A stretch of DNA of 64,000 nucleotides from Antechinus flavipes (GCF_016432865.1 NC_067399.1:108996001-109060000); one strand, 5' to 3'. Shown: positions 13,015 to 26,269, counted from the first letter of the stretch. Program-made: numbers and translations. The notes: generated from the letters alone by a model not told the origin.

Positions 13015-13300
13015 TAGTCAAATCAAGTCAACAGATCTTTTATTAATGTTAACTATGTACTATGTAACTATGTACATTATGCTAATTGATGGGAATATAA
13101 GGATTCCCTGCTTTCAAGGAGTTCACATACTTATAGGGGAGATAACATATAGATACAAAGTTATCTATATAACTTTGTATATACAAGTTACATAGAGAGT
13201 GAATCTCCGAGGATGTGTACTAGCATTTGGAACTAGGAAAGGGCTCTTTCAGAAAGTTTGAGCTAAGTCTTTAAGGAAGCCAGGAAGTAGAGATGAAAAG
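13015..13300 (-). mobile_element. L2 3' end
   Basis: aatcaagtcaacagatcttttattaatgttaactatgtac...ccctgctttcaaggagttcacatacttatagggg is the antisense L2 terminus. Confidence 0.7.
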
Positions 13301-14149
13301 GGAAAGCATTCAATTAGTGAAAAGATGTATCAGATATAATGGCTGAACAACAATTTATGAAGCACCTCTCTCTGTAAAGCACTGTTCCAGCCCAGCTGGA
13401 ACATACTTTAACATATAGCTCCAAGGTTACCTTGCAGAACCTGAAAACTTTGCTAGTAAGGCTACATGTTTCCAAGTAACTCTAATGTAAGACAGTCAAT
13501 GCTAGATGGGTAGTACAAATGGTAAGAGCTTTAGAAACACAGGGAAAGTAGAAACTACTCCCAGATAGAGAAATCAGGGGAGTCTTCAAGGAGGAGGTAA
13601 AATTAGTTAGATTTGGGCATGAGTTTCCTCATCAAGAAAATGAAGGCGCTGGACTAAGTGACATCTAAAGGTCCCTCTCAGCCCTAAATCTTGAATATTG
13701 TGATTTATACTAGCAATTTCACAAGCTTCTATAGCCAGTGGGTCTTCCAGGCTATTATATAGTTCAATTATGAAGACATCCATTGCCCATCTAAAGTGAG
13801 TGTATCATGATTATAAGTTATTAAGCATTTCTAGCTGATATCAAGCAGATAGATCCACTTTGTACTCAAAGCCCATTCCCTCAAAGTGAAATTTGTGTCA
13901 TTACCTAAAACACCACGTTCATCACACCAGCTGCTTTTGGCTCAGTGAACCTGATGTGAGACTGGTGAAAGAAAGGTTTTTAAACATCAACAGGGTACTG
14001 GTTATTAGTTAACCCTCTGTTTGCAGTCAGGAGTGCTTTACCCTAAGGTATAATAGAGAGTAAGGATATACCCAGTGCCAGCATAATCAAGAGAAAACAC
14101 CATGCAGATTAACCGTTTTAATTCATGGGAATATAACAAGAGCTAGTTC

Positions 14150-14350
14150 ATATACAGAGAACTTTAAGATTTGCAAACCCACATTAATATATACTATGTC
14201 ATCTGATCTTCCCAATAATGTTATGAAGTAAAAACTATTATTTCCCCATCTTGCAGATGAAGAAACTCTCAGAATAGTCAAACAAGCTAGTAGTGGCTAA
14301 AGCAGGAATTGAACCCAGGTTTTCCTGACACCTTGTTCATATCCCTTATT
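14150..14350 (-). mobile_element. MIR SINE
   Basis: actttaagatttgcaaac...ccccatcttgcagatgaagaaact...gcaggaattgaacccagg. Confidence 0.75.
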
Positions 14351-14919
14351 CATTGTAACACAGGTCCAATTAAGTATGGCTACCATATGGTGTCCTAATT
14401 GAATTACTTAATGCTATCTTCATTTTATTTCACATTTTCTTTTGTAGCAGCCACAAAGGACACTCCTCTCTTTCCCATAGTCATGGATGGTCCAGGTCTT
14501 TGTCTTTCATTTGTTAGCCTGCTTTTTAAGACATTATGTTTTATTTAAAGGGGATGAAGGCCCTCAGAATTGGGTCATACATTTGCTGGAGGTCATTTAA
14601 GGGGCTACAAAATAGAGCATACTTAATTCTGCTATTCCCTTAGTTTTATTGGGCTTGTTATGTTTTGTTCAGTTTCAAATTCCCTGTTTTCTCTCATGCA
14701 CAAAAGACAATCAAGACTTAATTAAATTTTGCAATTGCTCCTGAAAAATTCTAGCCTTTCCAAGATGCAGGAGAAGTGTTTTCCTCCATATTCCCTAGGG
14801 AGTTTGCAAACAAAGGTGTGCAGAGATAGCAAAGTGTAGACACCTGCTGGAGACTATGTAAATGGTTTCAGAGGCTATTGTCAACTGTTTAAACGTAGTA
14901 TATCACAAAATGGCTGGGA

Positions 14920-15090
14920 TCCCTCTCAGAGGTTATCTAATCTGAGACCCTCTATTTAAAGATGAGGAAACTGAGACCGGGCAAAGACTGAATATCCAGC
15001 TACAGGAGATAGAGTTAGTACAGGGAAACACCTAAGCCAGCATCCAGTTTTCTCATTTCTCAATCCAGCATTCTTTTCACTGTGTAAGTT
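14920..15090 (-). mobile_element. MIR/MIR3 SINE fragment
   Basis: gaggttatctaatctgagaccctctatttaaagatgaggaaactgagacc. Confidence 0.6.
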
Positions 15091-16044
15091 CAATAAGCAT
15101 AATGATATTGCTATCAATATTCACATTAGAGCCCAATTAGCATGAATATTAATGCCAACTAGAATTAAAAACCCTAGGGAGTCGCTGCCAACCCCAGTCT
15201 GATACTCTACACATCCTGTGGCAGCTAGTTGGGTTGACTTTAAAAAAGTTCCCTGACTATGGAATCTATGAAGAGAGAAAGAATTCAGAGCAGGCAATTT
15301 AGAATATGTCTTGTCGTGAAACAATTCCCTGGCCAGTGCTGGGTCTGTCAGTCCTAGGGAGCTCTGCCTATCTCTCTGGAAAGGCAGTATGGAAATATGG
15401 ATTTTTGTTTTTAAGATATGGAAGACAATATCCCATTAAGGAATATTTCTTTACATTGAGTTAGAAGGCGTTTATCAAAGTAAGACAGCATCAACAATCA
15501 GTCCTAGACAGAAACCTCCTTATTAATGAAGAGGAAGGTATAATTTTTAATCTGTCTGAAATCTCTTATCAATTGATCTCACTTGATTTACTGTGGGTTT
15601 TATTCTATAAGAATTATGAATCCTGTCTGTGCCTGCAGAAACCAAGGATTTTTATTGTGAACCATTGTTACTGACACTGTGCCTCTCCATCTTAACATCA
15701 TACCATACTCTGTATAAAGGGCTGATTTTGTTTTCTTTTATCTAGACACTCTAATTCTGTCTCCATGGACCTTCACAGGTTCTGTCATGAAGTCATTTGA
15801 TGAATTGAAGTAAATAGGGAATTACAATCTTAGTGAAAACATTATGAAGGAAAACAACTCGATGTGATCTGTAAACCTAGGGAGAAAGGAGATTGGGGTA
15901 GCAAACACTGGGAATGTCAAAAAGAACCTGGCTCCTTAGTGTGGAATTTTTAATAAATGGCAAGTGTATACATCTAAGCTCTGTGCCATTTCTACTTAAG
16001 GACATTGAAAATTTTGTTAATAAAGGAAATTTTGTATTAAATTA

Positions 16045-16265
16045 TTATCATTAATAATAGCTAAACTTTAAGGTGTGCAAAAAAAATTACCAAAAATAAT
16101 TTCATTTTATCCTTATTAACAACCCTCATAGGTAAGTGCTATTATTATTCCATTTTACAGATAAGGAAAATGAGACAAACAGAAGTTAAATGACTTATTT
16201 GTAGTCTTACTCTGGTAATCCTGATTCCAAATCCAGCATTCTATCCATTATGCCTCTTGGCTGTC
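16045..16265 (-). mobile_element. MIR SINE
   Basis: aataatagct...caaccctcataggtaagtgctattattattccattttacagataaggaaaatgagac...gttaaatgactt. Confidence 0.8.
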
Positions 16266-16779
16266 TCTTATCTTGTATACCTGTCCTATAACAACATAGG
16301 ATATATAATCCACAACCCCTTGCCAACCCTTACACCTACAAACACATGTACATATACATTCTGTCATTCTTGATCAGTATCCACTAGTCATAAATAAAAC
16401 TTCTCAGTGTTTATTTAAATAAAATGAAGTATTAATTCTAATAATACAGTCATAAACCTTAGTATTAATGCCAGGCTCATTAATGGACTTTGTCTTTGCT
16501 CATGATGGACCTCTCAGTCCATCCAAACCATCATCCATCCCCCAAGGCCTAGCTCAATCCTACCTGATGAGAAGTATTTCTATATGTCTCTGACATAAAT
16601 CCATCTCTAGTTTCTGAATTCCACTAGCACTTAAACTCAAATACAAACTCAAGTACTTGGGCATGTATAAGTTTTGCCTGTATTTGCTCCATATATGTGC
16701 CTTGCCTTCCCCTTTTGAATTTCAGCACCATATAGTCTAGGCCTGTGAGTAAAATTCAGTTTGGATCCTCTATAATTCC

Positions 16780-16945
16780 TTGTCAGTTGACAGATTTTAG
16801 TAAGCACTTAGTCATGTGTCAGTCGTATGCTAAGCACTTGGGGGAAAAGAAATGCACAGAGTTGCTGAACTAAAGGAACTTATATCCTACTTGGGAGACA
16901 ACATACAAACCACTATGGACATTCAAAAGATACATAGGTTAAATG
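16780..16945 (-). mobile_element. L2 3' end
   Basis: gtcagttgacagattttagtaagcacttag...tgctaagcacttgggg...aaaggaacttatatcctacttgggagacaac. Confidence 0.65.
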
Positions 16946-17859
16946 AAAGTGTTGGATACAAGGTAAGTGTTTCATAAATACAACTTGATTGAACTGACAG
17001 TAGAACTGGGAGTGATATGGAATATGGAATGAATAGTAACATTTTTCAAAATCCCTCCCTTTCTTTTCTCAAGAAGCTGTTGGACTGTCATCATCTTGAT
17101 TATCTCTCTCCTTTTCTACAAGATAGGTCTGAGCCCTTTCCAAGGATACTAAAATGACATGTTGTAGAACATCTTCTTTACTTCAACTCAACAAGAACAG
17201 GTTAAATGAGCAAATGCAACCTCCTAGTCATCACATGAAAGTTTGCAAATTCTAACTCTCAGAAGTCCAAGCAACCTGGGTGGTGATTTATCCTTTCTTC
17301 CAACCCTTCCCCAGTACATTACATTTAATGGAGCGGCATTATCTTTGCTTGGTTCCATTTTCTAAAGAGAGTTTGCTTCTCCATGAAGCACCCTGAAATA
17401 GAGAGCCAGTTCTTCTGTGAAAGTGAGCAAAGTAGCCTGACCCTCAAAAGAATTTGGCTTTCTTAGTGAACAACATGGAAAGAAACAGTCTGAAACTGAA
17501 CTGACATTTTTGTAGACATTTCTCATCTCTTACAGGATCCAAATTCTCAAGAAGACCCTTCTCCAAACTATCTGCTCTCACGTGAGGGTGTGTTATGTCA
17601 TGTTATGATGCCTAGATTTGTATATACTCTATGAGATTCTAGAGCATCAGAATGCCAAGGAAAATGTCAGAAACAAGAAGCAACATGTTAGAAAAGTGCT
17701 ACTCCAAAATAAAGCCCTGCTTTTATTGGAGAACAGATCTGCTAAAAGCTGTTATTTGAAATATCTGTAGATACTTTGGATCTGTGAATAATTGCTATCT
17801 GCACATCTCAAATTCTTTACAGTTTTCTGTTCGACATATCTGTGTAAGGCTATAAATAG

Positions 17860-18119
17860 NNNNNNNNNNNNNNNNNNNNNNNNNNNNNNNNNNNNNNNNN
17901 NNNNNNNNNNNNNNNNNNNNNNNNNNNNNNNNNNNNNNNNNNNNNNNNNNNNNNNNNNNNNNNNNNNNNNNNNNNNNNNNNNNNNNNNNNNNNNNNNNNN
18001 NNNNNNNNNNNNNNNNNNNNNNNNNNNNNNNNNNNNNNNNNNNNNNNNNNNNNNNNNNNNNNNNNNNNNNNNNNNNNNNNNNNNNNNNNNNNNNNNNNNN
18101 NNNNNNNNNNNNNNNNNNN
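17860..18119. other. Assembly gap or masked run, 260 N
   Basis: Run of N. Confidence 0.99.
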
Positions 18120-19364
18120 TAATGACCATTCTATGCTACACATCCAAATTTTGTTAACTGCTAGATGTACTGTATATATTATATTTGAAAATGCACCACC
18201 TTGGACTAGTTTTAAAGTATTTCATCAAAAGATAATGGCAACAACAAAATCCATCTGTTTGTCAGAATAAATTATGTGGCATGTATTTTAAAAACCTATT
18301 ATATCTCTTTGCTTTCTTTCTAAGAATAAAAGCTGCACAAAAATATGTACATGCTATTTATTACTATGGCGGCACAATAAAAGACCAGTTTTATCAGCCA
18401 TTTATAATTCCTAACTGCTAATCAAATTGACCAACCAATCATTGAGTTATAGAGGGCCTTTCATCTGATCATTTCAGAATGCTTGACTATAGATAGAACT
18501 AAGAGTCAAGGAAATTAAGCCAATTTGGCTAAAATAACATAAGCCAAATGTTCTCCTATATTCATGCCAGACTCAACCTGCACCATGTTATAAAAGACCA
18601 GGATTGTCCTGATAAAATGGGGAGAGATAGAAGTGATTACCTTTAGACATATATACAAACATTCTTCACATCAAGGAAAGAGAAAGAGAAAGGACCTATT
18701 CTGCTTTTTTCCCCCTTCCTTTTATTCCATCAAACTGGACAGAATTCTCCTTTTAAAAAGACTGAAGTGTCAATTCATATATTCATCTAAATCTATACTT
18801 GAGAGCAGGGACTATTTTTGCCTGTATCTCTAGAATTTAGTATAATACCTGAACCATAGTAAATGCTTTAAAAATGTTTCCTGTTTACCTAAACACTGTC
18901 CAAACAACTTAACAAAGGGGGTTGCATGTATGTGTGTGTGTTTATGTATCTTGATAGAGTAATTTCAAGGAAATAAAAGCTTAAAAGGACAACTATTTGA
19001 AATATATCTGAATTTGGAAAATATCTATCTTGTCATTGTACATGTTCCTTTGAACAAAACAAATCATAGTCCATTTGTGCCTGCCCACCCATTGTGGTTT
19101 TTGTCTATGTTTTCCCACAAGTTCACCACTGGGGGCTCCAAATGACATGCTAGGATTTTCCCCCATCTTCTCCTGGCATCATAGGTATATAAGTATATAT
19201 ATATATAAATATAAATATATTAGTTCTTCTTCCCTCACTCTTGTCATGTAAGCAATAAAGATCACAGTCTATTTATTGATCATTCATTTGTTTAATGACA
19301 TCCTTTCCCCCCAGTTATTCTTTGTAGCTAAGCAATATGCTGACACCAAATAAGAAAGTAGTAA

Positions 19365-19590
19365 AACTTTAAAAGTACTCGACATTGTGCTAAGCACTTT
19401 ACAAATATTATCTCATTTTGTCCTCACAACTTCACAACTGGAAGTAAAGTGCTATTATTATTCTCATTTTACAGATAAAGACATTGAAGCAGACAGAGGA
19501 TACCTGCCCAAGACCATACAGATAGCTGAGGCCAGATGTGAACTTAGAACTTTTAGTTTCCAGACCCAGTGCTCTATTCACATTCTCCTC
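19365..19590 (-). mobile_element. MIR SINE
   Basis: gtgctaagcactttacaaatattatctcattttgtcctcacaac...cattttacagataaagacattgaag...gaggccagatgtgaactt. Confidence 0.85.
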
Positions 19591-19819
19591 TCTTTCTCCA
19601 TTTTCCCCTCTGAGTGCAATAGTTTTAATTCTCTGAGACTTTAATGTTCCATGATTCTCAAATATGCAATAAGACTGAAAAGGTATTGGTATTAAAACAT
19701 GGATTTTGTATTCAGGAAGACTTTGGAGGTCATTAAGGAAATTGGACATTTTCCAAATGCAATCTGACTTATTCACTCCATTTCCTTTTAAATTTTGGGC
19801 CTAACTTATTGCCTATTTG

Positions 19820-19985
19820 TCTTGTTGTCATTGTTCAGTTATTTCATGATCCCATTTGGGGTTTGGGTAGGTAAAGATATTGGCGTGGTTTTCCACTTCC
19901 CCAACTCATTTTACAGATGAAGAAAATGAGGCAAAAAAAATCCTTTCCCAGGATCATACAGCTAATAAGTGTCTGAAGTCAGACT
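19820..19985 (-). mobile_element. MAR1-type marsupial CORE-SINE
   Basis: RTE-like tail (ttgttgtcattgttcag...atcccatttggggttt...aaagatattggcgtggttt) joined to CORE. Confidence 0.8.
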
Positions 19986-20825
19986 TCACATTTGTCCATT
20001 TGTATTATCTCTCTAAGATATTCATGTGCTAATGGACAATGTTAAGCTGAGTTTACATTCTGAACAACAGGCTTCCTTTAACTACTTGATTTTTCTGTGT
20101 ACATAGTCAGATCAAATTAGTTTAGGGACTTATGGCCTTCCTCTAGGAGGTTCCATAGTGTTCTAGAACTTGATGCAGTATTGTCCACAAACAGGAGCAT
20201 CTGCAGAACCTCATCATCCACAGGAAAACAGTTTTCCATTTGGAGCATATACTGGATATTCTCTATGACATTGGTTAACAAGTTTGGAGAACATAACTCT
20301 TTACTTTATATCTTCCAAGATATAGGTGCTCAGAGAGTCATGGAACAAAACACCTGTTGGAATGGAAGTTTTGAGGAAGTATTTTTTGTAGTACTGAAAT
20401 CATTTTTGTTAAATATTTAATAATCAGAAAATAGTAAATATGGTAAGATCTTGAATTCTCTTTATCTGTCAGTCAATTTTATGATATCAAATTTATTGAT
20501 ATTGTTAAAAATATCATTTCTAAAAGGTTACCTGCTTTCTATTCATTGAGGATATCCTCATTAAATAGGCATTATTCACTTAAAAATTGCAGATAGATGA
20601 GAAAGTAAATATATAAGTTTTTAGCTGTTAAATTTTTCTCAGCTGTTTAAGGAATATTTCTGTTCAAGATTTTCTACCCATATCTTTAGTATCTTCCTTC
20701 CATCAGCTCTACCGTAAACCCATGGCCCCATTACACTTTGTCCTCCTTCAGTACCGACCTCTTCTACATGTGTTTTGGATAATAAAACTGCTTCTCTTGT
20801 CTTGGTTCTCTTTAATGCCATTGTG
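19986..20825 (-). mobile_element. RTE LINE reverse-transcriptase fragment (pseudogenised)
   Basis: Minus strand reads MALKRTK... (ORF 20639-20821) and FPVDDEVLQMLLFVDNT-ASSSRTLWNLLEE near 20140-20235, the degenerate LLFADDIVL catalytic motif of RTE RT. Confidence 0.8.
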
Positions 20826-21080
20826 GCTGTTGTTGTTGCGTCATTTCAGTCATGTCCAACTCTTCATGATCCCATTTGGTGTTTTCTTGGAAAAGATATT
20901 GAAGTGGTTTGCCATTTCCTTCTCTGGCCTGTTGTATAGATGTGAAAGAACTGAGGCAAATGGAGGTAAGTGACTTTCCCAGGATTATACAGCTAGTAAA
21001 CATCTCAGGCCAGATTCCAACTCACAAAGAGGAGTCTTCCTGATTCCAGGCCCTGTACTCTATCCACTCTGACATCTAGA
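20826..21080 (-). mobile_element. MAR1-type SINE
   Basis: tgttgttgttgcgtcatttcagtcatgtccaactcttcatgatcccatttggtgttttcttggaaaagatattgaagtggtttgccatttcc...gaaactgaggcaaa...gtgactttcccagg. Confidence 0.9.
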
Positions 21081-21269
21081 AAAAGCTTAGCAAGAGAGCT
21101 AAATGAAGTCATTCCAAGAACAATTCAAGATGAAAATAGAAGGAAAAAATAAAAATGGGCATGATATGCCACATTTTTATATTTTTTCATCATCAAAGAA
21201 AATATAGGTACCTTATTTGCTTTCTAACGTCACAAGCAGAAATATTTTTAAATAAGGGAGTAATGACAC

Positions 21270-21505
21270 TAGGAGAAGCTAGGTTGTACAATGGATAGAG
21301 TACCAAACCTGGAATTAGGAAGACTTATCTTCTTGAGTCCAAATATGGTACCAGACACTTATTACTTACATAGCCATGGGAAAATCACTTAAAACTATTT
21401 GCCTTAGTTTCCTCCTCTGTAAGATGAGCTGGAGAAAGAAAAGATAAACCAGTCCAGTATCTTTGCCAAATGGGGTCACAAGTAGGACAGAACTCAACAA
21501 TAACA
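21270..21505 (+). mobile_element. MAR1-type SINE
   Basis: Head ggagaagctaggttgtacaatggatagag, CORE, tail gagaaagaaaagataaaccagtccagtatctttgccaaatggggtcac...caacaataac. Confidence 0.9.
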
Positions 21506-21689
21506 AGCTTTCTCGAAACTACTTTTAATCTCTACTGCTTATCACTATATTATAAAACAACATAACTCATAATCTTTCCCAGATCAAACACTTTGAGACT
21601 TTAAAAGGATTCAGTGTTTTTTTAGTCCAACTCACACTAAAAACTAATCCTCTCTATAATGTAGATCATCTAGTAAGTGATCATCTAAT

Positions 21690-21970
21690 ATCTGATCAAA
21701 TAACTCTAATAAAAGGAGAACCTCTCACCACTAGAACCATTCCATTCCATTTCAGAAGAGATCTTACCTCAAACCTAAATTTGTTTGTTTTTGCAATTTC
21801 TACTTATCGCTTCTGCCCTCTGAGGCCAAATAAAGCAAATCTAGTGTCTCTTCTACATTTGCATAAATACTTAAGAATAGCCATCACCTACCTACTCCAG
21901 TCTTCTATTGTCTAAACATCTCTAATTTCTTCCAACAATGCTCATACATTATAGATTCGAGTCCTTTGGA
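21690..21970 (-). mobile_element. L3/CR1 3' fragment
   Basis: ttctgccctctgaggccaaataaagcaaatctagtgtctcttctac...aaatacttaagaatagccatca is antisense of the KGDMIAVFKYLK region. Confidence 0.7.
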
Positions 21971-22009
21971 TTTCTCTGTTTTCCCTTCCTTTACCAAGAA
22001 TCTTCCCTT

Positions 22010-22155
22010 CCATGTTGTCTTTGTCTATTAGACTGTAAGCTCTGGTAAAATAAGAACTGTCTTTCTTTTTTTATATGTGTATCTAGCAGTGCTTAGCACT
22101 GTGTCTAGTCCATAGAAAGCACTTAATAAATATTTATTCACTGATTAACTGATGA
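22010..22155 (+). mobile_element. L2 3' end
   Basis: tagactgtaagctc...gcttagcactgtgtctagtccatagaaagcacttaataaatatttattcactgattaactga. Confidence 0.8.
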
Positions 22156-22289
22156 AACTAACTCTCTTAACTCCTATGAGACATTCTTTCAATTAGCTAC
22201 TATTCCTTTTTTTCTTCAATTTTTTCATTGTAGTGAGAATGTTAAGATGCATCTTGTTGTTGATGATGATACTTATAATAATGATAATA

Positions 22290-22530
22290 ATATTGCTAGC
22301 ATTTATATAATATAAGGCTTGCAAAACACTTCAAATTTTCAATCTTATTTAATCTTCACAACAACCCTGGAAAGCAGGTAGTTATTATCACAATTTTATA
22401 GCTGAGGAAACTGTGGCAAGTAGAAGTTAAGTCTCTTGCCCAAATTCACATAGGAAGTTTCAGAGGCATGATTTAAACCAAGTTTTCCTGACTCAACCAA
22501 TGGTCTATCCCCTGGGCCATTATCTGCTTC
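22290..22530 (-). mobile_element. MIR SINE
   Basis: gctagcatttatata...aatcttcacaacaaccctgg...ttttatagctgaggaaactgtggc...cttgcccaaattcaca. Confidence 0.8.
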
Positions 22531-22599
22531 TAGGTAATCCAGTTCATCCCATAATATGTTTGCTCAGGTCATTAGACAAGGCTCTCATATTTGAAGGAC

Positions 22600-22870
22600 T
22601 AATAGTTAAGTTGATTGTTAAGGTTGAAGTTAATAGGTTATTCAAAAATTATGTGATTTTTAGTGTCATCCACTATCATTTTTATCACTCTGCCATTGTT
22701 ACCATAAAAGTAGAAAAGGGCTACATAGTGAGGGCATTTTGTATTTTTTTTATTTCCTAGGTTGACATGGCCAAGGAATTAGCCATAAAAAGCCATTCTA
22801 GTGTCATGAGTCTCCCCAAACTGAAGAGAGATTATCCCTGAAAAAGCAGAATCAGGTGCCAGAATTGTAC
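22600..22870 (-). mobile_element. RTE LINE fragment
   Basis: Homologous to 5640-5900 (ttttccatgggttgacatgaccaa vs tttcctaggttgacatggccaa). Confidence 0.55.
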
Positions 22871-23877
22871 ACTAAACCTATCCAATGTAGTCAAACCTTC
22901 AGCCCTCACACTCTGTGAAATGCAGCATATATGCATACCATAAAGAAGTGTCCTAGTACAATTTCATGGATATTGAATAGGTACAATTTCTACAGCTGGT
23001 CAACAGGGAAGCAAAATGTATGTTGAAAAATAGAATTCATGATTAAGAAATGAAAGAAACCAAAAATATATAGATTATTATTCATAAAGTTTTTGTCTAT
23101 ATCTTTTAAGCTTTTATTTTGAGAAGGAACAATATTTAGTGAGTTTAGCAACCAAAAAATATTACAAAAAATAATGACTATATCTTAATATACAAGAAAT
23201 GGGTGGTTAATGGTCATGGGAGTAATTTCTGAATTAGTTGTCTATGTCCAGTCATAATTACCTAGTTAAAGAAAATCAGCACCAAATTAGAAGAAATATT
23301 AAAGATGAGAAGACACTGCATGTAATTATAACAACTCCCAGGTGACCTAGTCAAGCTAGTTATTGAAACTGAACAAAGGAAAATGGACAAAGTTGAAGAC
23401 AATAATAGATTATCATTATTTCTTACAGAAGATTAACTAGTATAAATGTGATCAGATGATTCTTTATCAACTGATTTCTTCTGACTTGGTAAAATTATAG
23501 AATTTAAGTGGCAGCTATCAGAGGCAAGGAGATGGAAGAGTCATTCCAATCAGATTTTAAGTGGCTCATTTGCATCTTGTAAAAGATGTGTGGCCAGTGT
23601 AAAGCAGGTGTCATGAAGTGCTTATATTTCTTGACTTAAGGAAGTATGAAGCTGTTTAGTTAGCTTGATGGAATTAAAACAGAGACTAGTCATTGAATAG
23701 CTGAAGATAAACCTATGGCTTAAAACAAAAAAAAGTAAATTCTAAGAAGTCAGTTCAGAAAGGAGTTACGGGAATTGAGAAATCAGATATCTCTGAAGAC
23801 TGAAATCAACTATTGAGCACTTACTTGCTCCTTATCTTCCCCCTCATTCTTGTTAGAGAATACAGAGAATGGAAATG

Positions 23878-23937
23878 AATCTGTCTCTCTGTCTTTCTGT
23901 CTCTGTCTCTCTCTCTCTGTCTCTGTCTCTCTCTGTT
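23878..23937. repeat. (CT)n/(CTCTGT)n compound microsatellite
   Basis: Direct reading of sequence. Confidence 0.9.
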
Positions 23938-24649
23938 TCCCTTCCTCTTGGCAATGACATTTTGCAGAAGCACACAGCCATAAGAAATGCTTCATCTAAA
24001 TGAGAATAGATACAAGAGTTAAGCTGTTGAGTGGAACAGACTCAGAAATACAGTTGAGTATTCTGCCCAACAAGTGTTCCCCCAATAAGGGATCAATGTG
24101 AGATTAAAACAAGAAGATAAAAGTTATCAGGATGCTAAACTGATAGAGAAAAAAACTGTACTGACCATGTGTGTTTCCCATGGATGTATCATGAATAGCT
24201 ATATATCTATGAGTGTTCTCCATACATAGTTCTAGTCTTTCTACTGATGCTATGCATATTTGCTGGAGTTCAGTAAATGGCTTTTTGTTAATTTTTCTCT
24301 CTAGCTAATTAGAATAAAGGAAAATATTTTGGTGGGTGTTTGTGAATTATAGAAGTGAGGATCCATAGAGCACTTTGAATCTTGAACATCCCTGTGAGAG
24401 CTCAACAAGCAAGTGTAATCTGAGGATGGATAACTTACAAAGATTGCTATATGAAAGAATTATTGTAGAAAAGGTCAAAAGATCCCTGAAACCACAGCAT
24501 CTAAGCCAAGATGATGATTTTCCAAGAAAAACACATTAGTTACAATAATAATAATGATGATTGATAATAATATTCAACATTTTTATAGTGCTTCAAAATT
24601 TGCATATATTTTCTCATTTTTAGAGAGTGAATTAATTTGTAAAATATTA

Positions 24650-25085
24650 AGGAGGAGAATTGTGAAAGATTATGAAGCTTATCTCACAAAATAGTGAAAA
24701 GCATTAGAGGGGAAAACAAGTCTAAATAAAGATCAATGTGGCACCCAACTGTGATAAAGCATCAGGGTGAAAAAAACATTTTTATTTAGAAAATTTGAAA
24801 GAGAACAACAAATAGACCCTCCAAATGAACATATCTGCCAGCATTTTGATATTTTATCATTTATGGCAGTGGAGCCACCACATTTGCATTCTTATGCCTT
24901 AATACATGATGTGTTATGTGACAAAGTAGAAATGGTATCTAAAGTAAGAAAAAGTAACTGTACTAGACTGAATACCTATAGAAGAAATCCATGGTGTAGG
25001 CAACCCCATTTAAGAGAACTAAAGAATTGACTTTCAAGATAATCTCAAAGGGAAAAATATCACATTATCAGTTACACAATTGACT
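24650..25085 (+). mobile_element. RTE LINE ORF fragment
   Basis: gacaaagtagaaatggtatctaaagtaagaaaaagtaactg...gaagaaatccatggtgtaggcaac...tcaagataatctcaaagggaaaaatatc matches RTE EVEMALKRTK...EEI...RFSRYLKEGKIP, degenerate. Confidence 0.65.
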
Positions 25086-25249
25086 GCAAGTGAAATGTAT
25101 ATAGAATCCTGCTATGTTTATTCTTTGTTCATTATAAAAAATAATTTGGTTTGGTACAACAAAATAGATCATAAATAAATGAGCTCCCCCCAAAAAATTC
25201 TGCATGTGGTATCTCCTTGATTCCAACTAAAGATCCCAGAAGGAGCAAG

Positions 25250-25730
25250 TACTTTGGGAAGTCTTTTCCCCAGTCTTCATTTCAAAGTCCTTTCTTTTCT
25301 CTCTCTTGAAGGATCTCTAACCTCCCTATTCATACTTCCATGGGAGGAAACCCAGAGTTCCTACTACACTGCAACTTCTGGATACATTTACCCCTTCTCA
25401 GCATTTATGAGACAGGATCTTACAACATCCCACCTCACCTCATGTAGGGCAGGCAGACATGCTGCTTGTACTACTTAGATAAACAAGGAATCACCCACTA
25501 TAAACTTTCTGGTAAAATGAAGATGACTCGGCCTTACCATATCACCCTGTCACTGAACATTAAGGTCTACTGGACTTTTCCATTAACCTTCCAACTGAAC
25601 TCTCCTGCATTTTTTATTTCCCAATTAGAACGTGGTTTTCTTAAGAGAAGAAACTGACTTTTCTATTTGTGTAGCTACAGTGCTTGGCTCACAGTGTGCT
25701 ATTAATAAACACTTTTTAAAATTCATTCAT
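25250..25730 (+). mobile_element. L2 3' fragment
   Basis: Pyrimidine-rich body ending gtgcttggctcacagtgtgctattaataaacac...aattcattcattc. Confidence 0.55.
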
Positions 25731-26269
25731 TCCTAGTTCTCATTTCTAATCCTTGTTTCACTTTGGTGCTGATTTTTACCTTTGTTGTAATTAATGATCT
25801 AACTATACATTCAGAAGTATCTCAAGAAAAGCATGGTTGGAAAAGAACGCAATAGTAGAAATAAAAGAGTGATAGCCAAAGATCTGTTCTAGTCCATGAA
25901 AAATTAAAATACTGGAAAGGGCTGCTAGCATACTAGATAGAATTACTAAAGTAGGTTTACAAGCAAAAATCACATAAACATACAATATAGGTTGAAATGA
26001 GTATTATTGGATAGTATACCCACATCAATGAGAGTAAGCAACTTCTTGTTTGGGTTAATAAGAAGTTGGATTTTTAATTTAAGGCTTAGGAGGTCCTATA
26101 TTATTATTGCAACTGAATTTACAATAGGAAATCATCTGTCCAATAAGGTATATACCCTCCACTATGATGCTTAACAAATAAGTGGTTCATTTTTAAGGGG
26201 GCTCATTAAACTTCCCCATGGCCATTTCTATTAGCATCTCAAACTCTCACTCTATATTTCATTTTGTAG

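Noticed and set aside
14839-14850. CTCF-like words gacacctgctgg (and gacccctgctgg at 46421-46432)
   Set aside because: Partial core matches with mismatches at informative positions; not supportable without a PWM scan or ChIP data.
17752-18157. ORFs spanning N runs (also 45894-46286, 56578-57078, 57716-57964)
   Set aside because: Their length comes from X codons.
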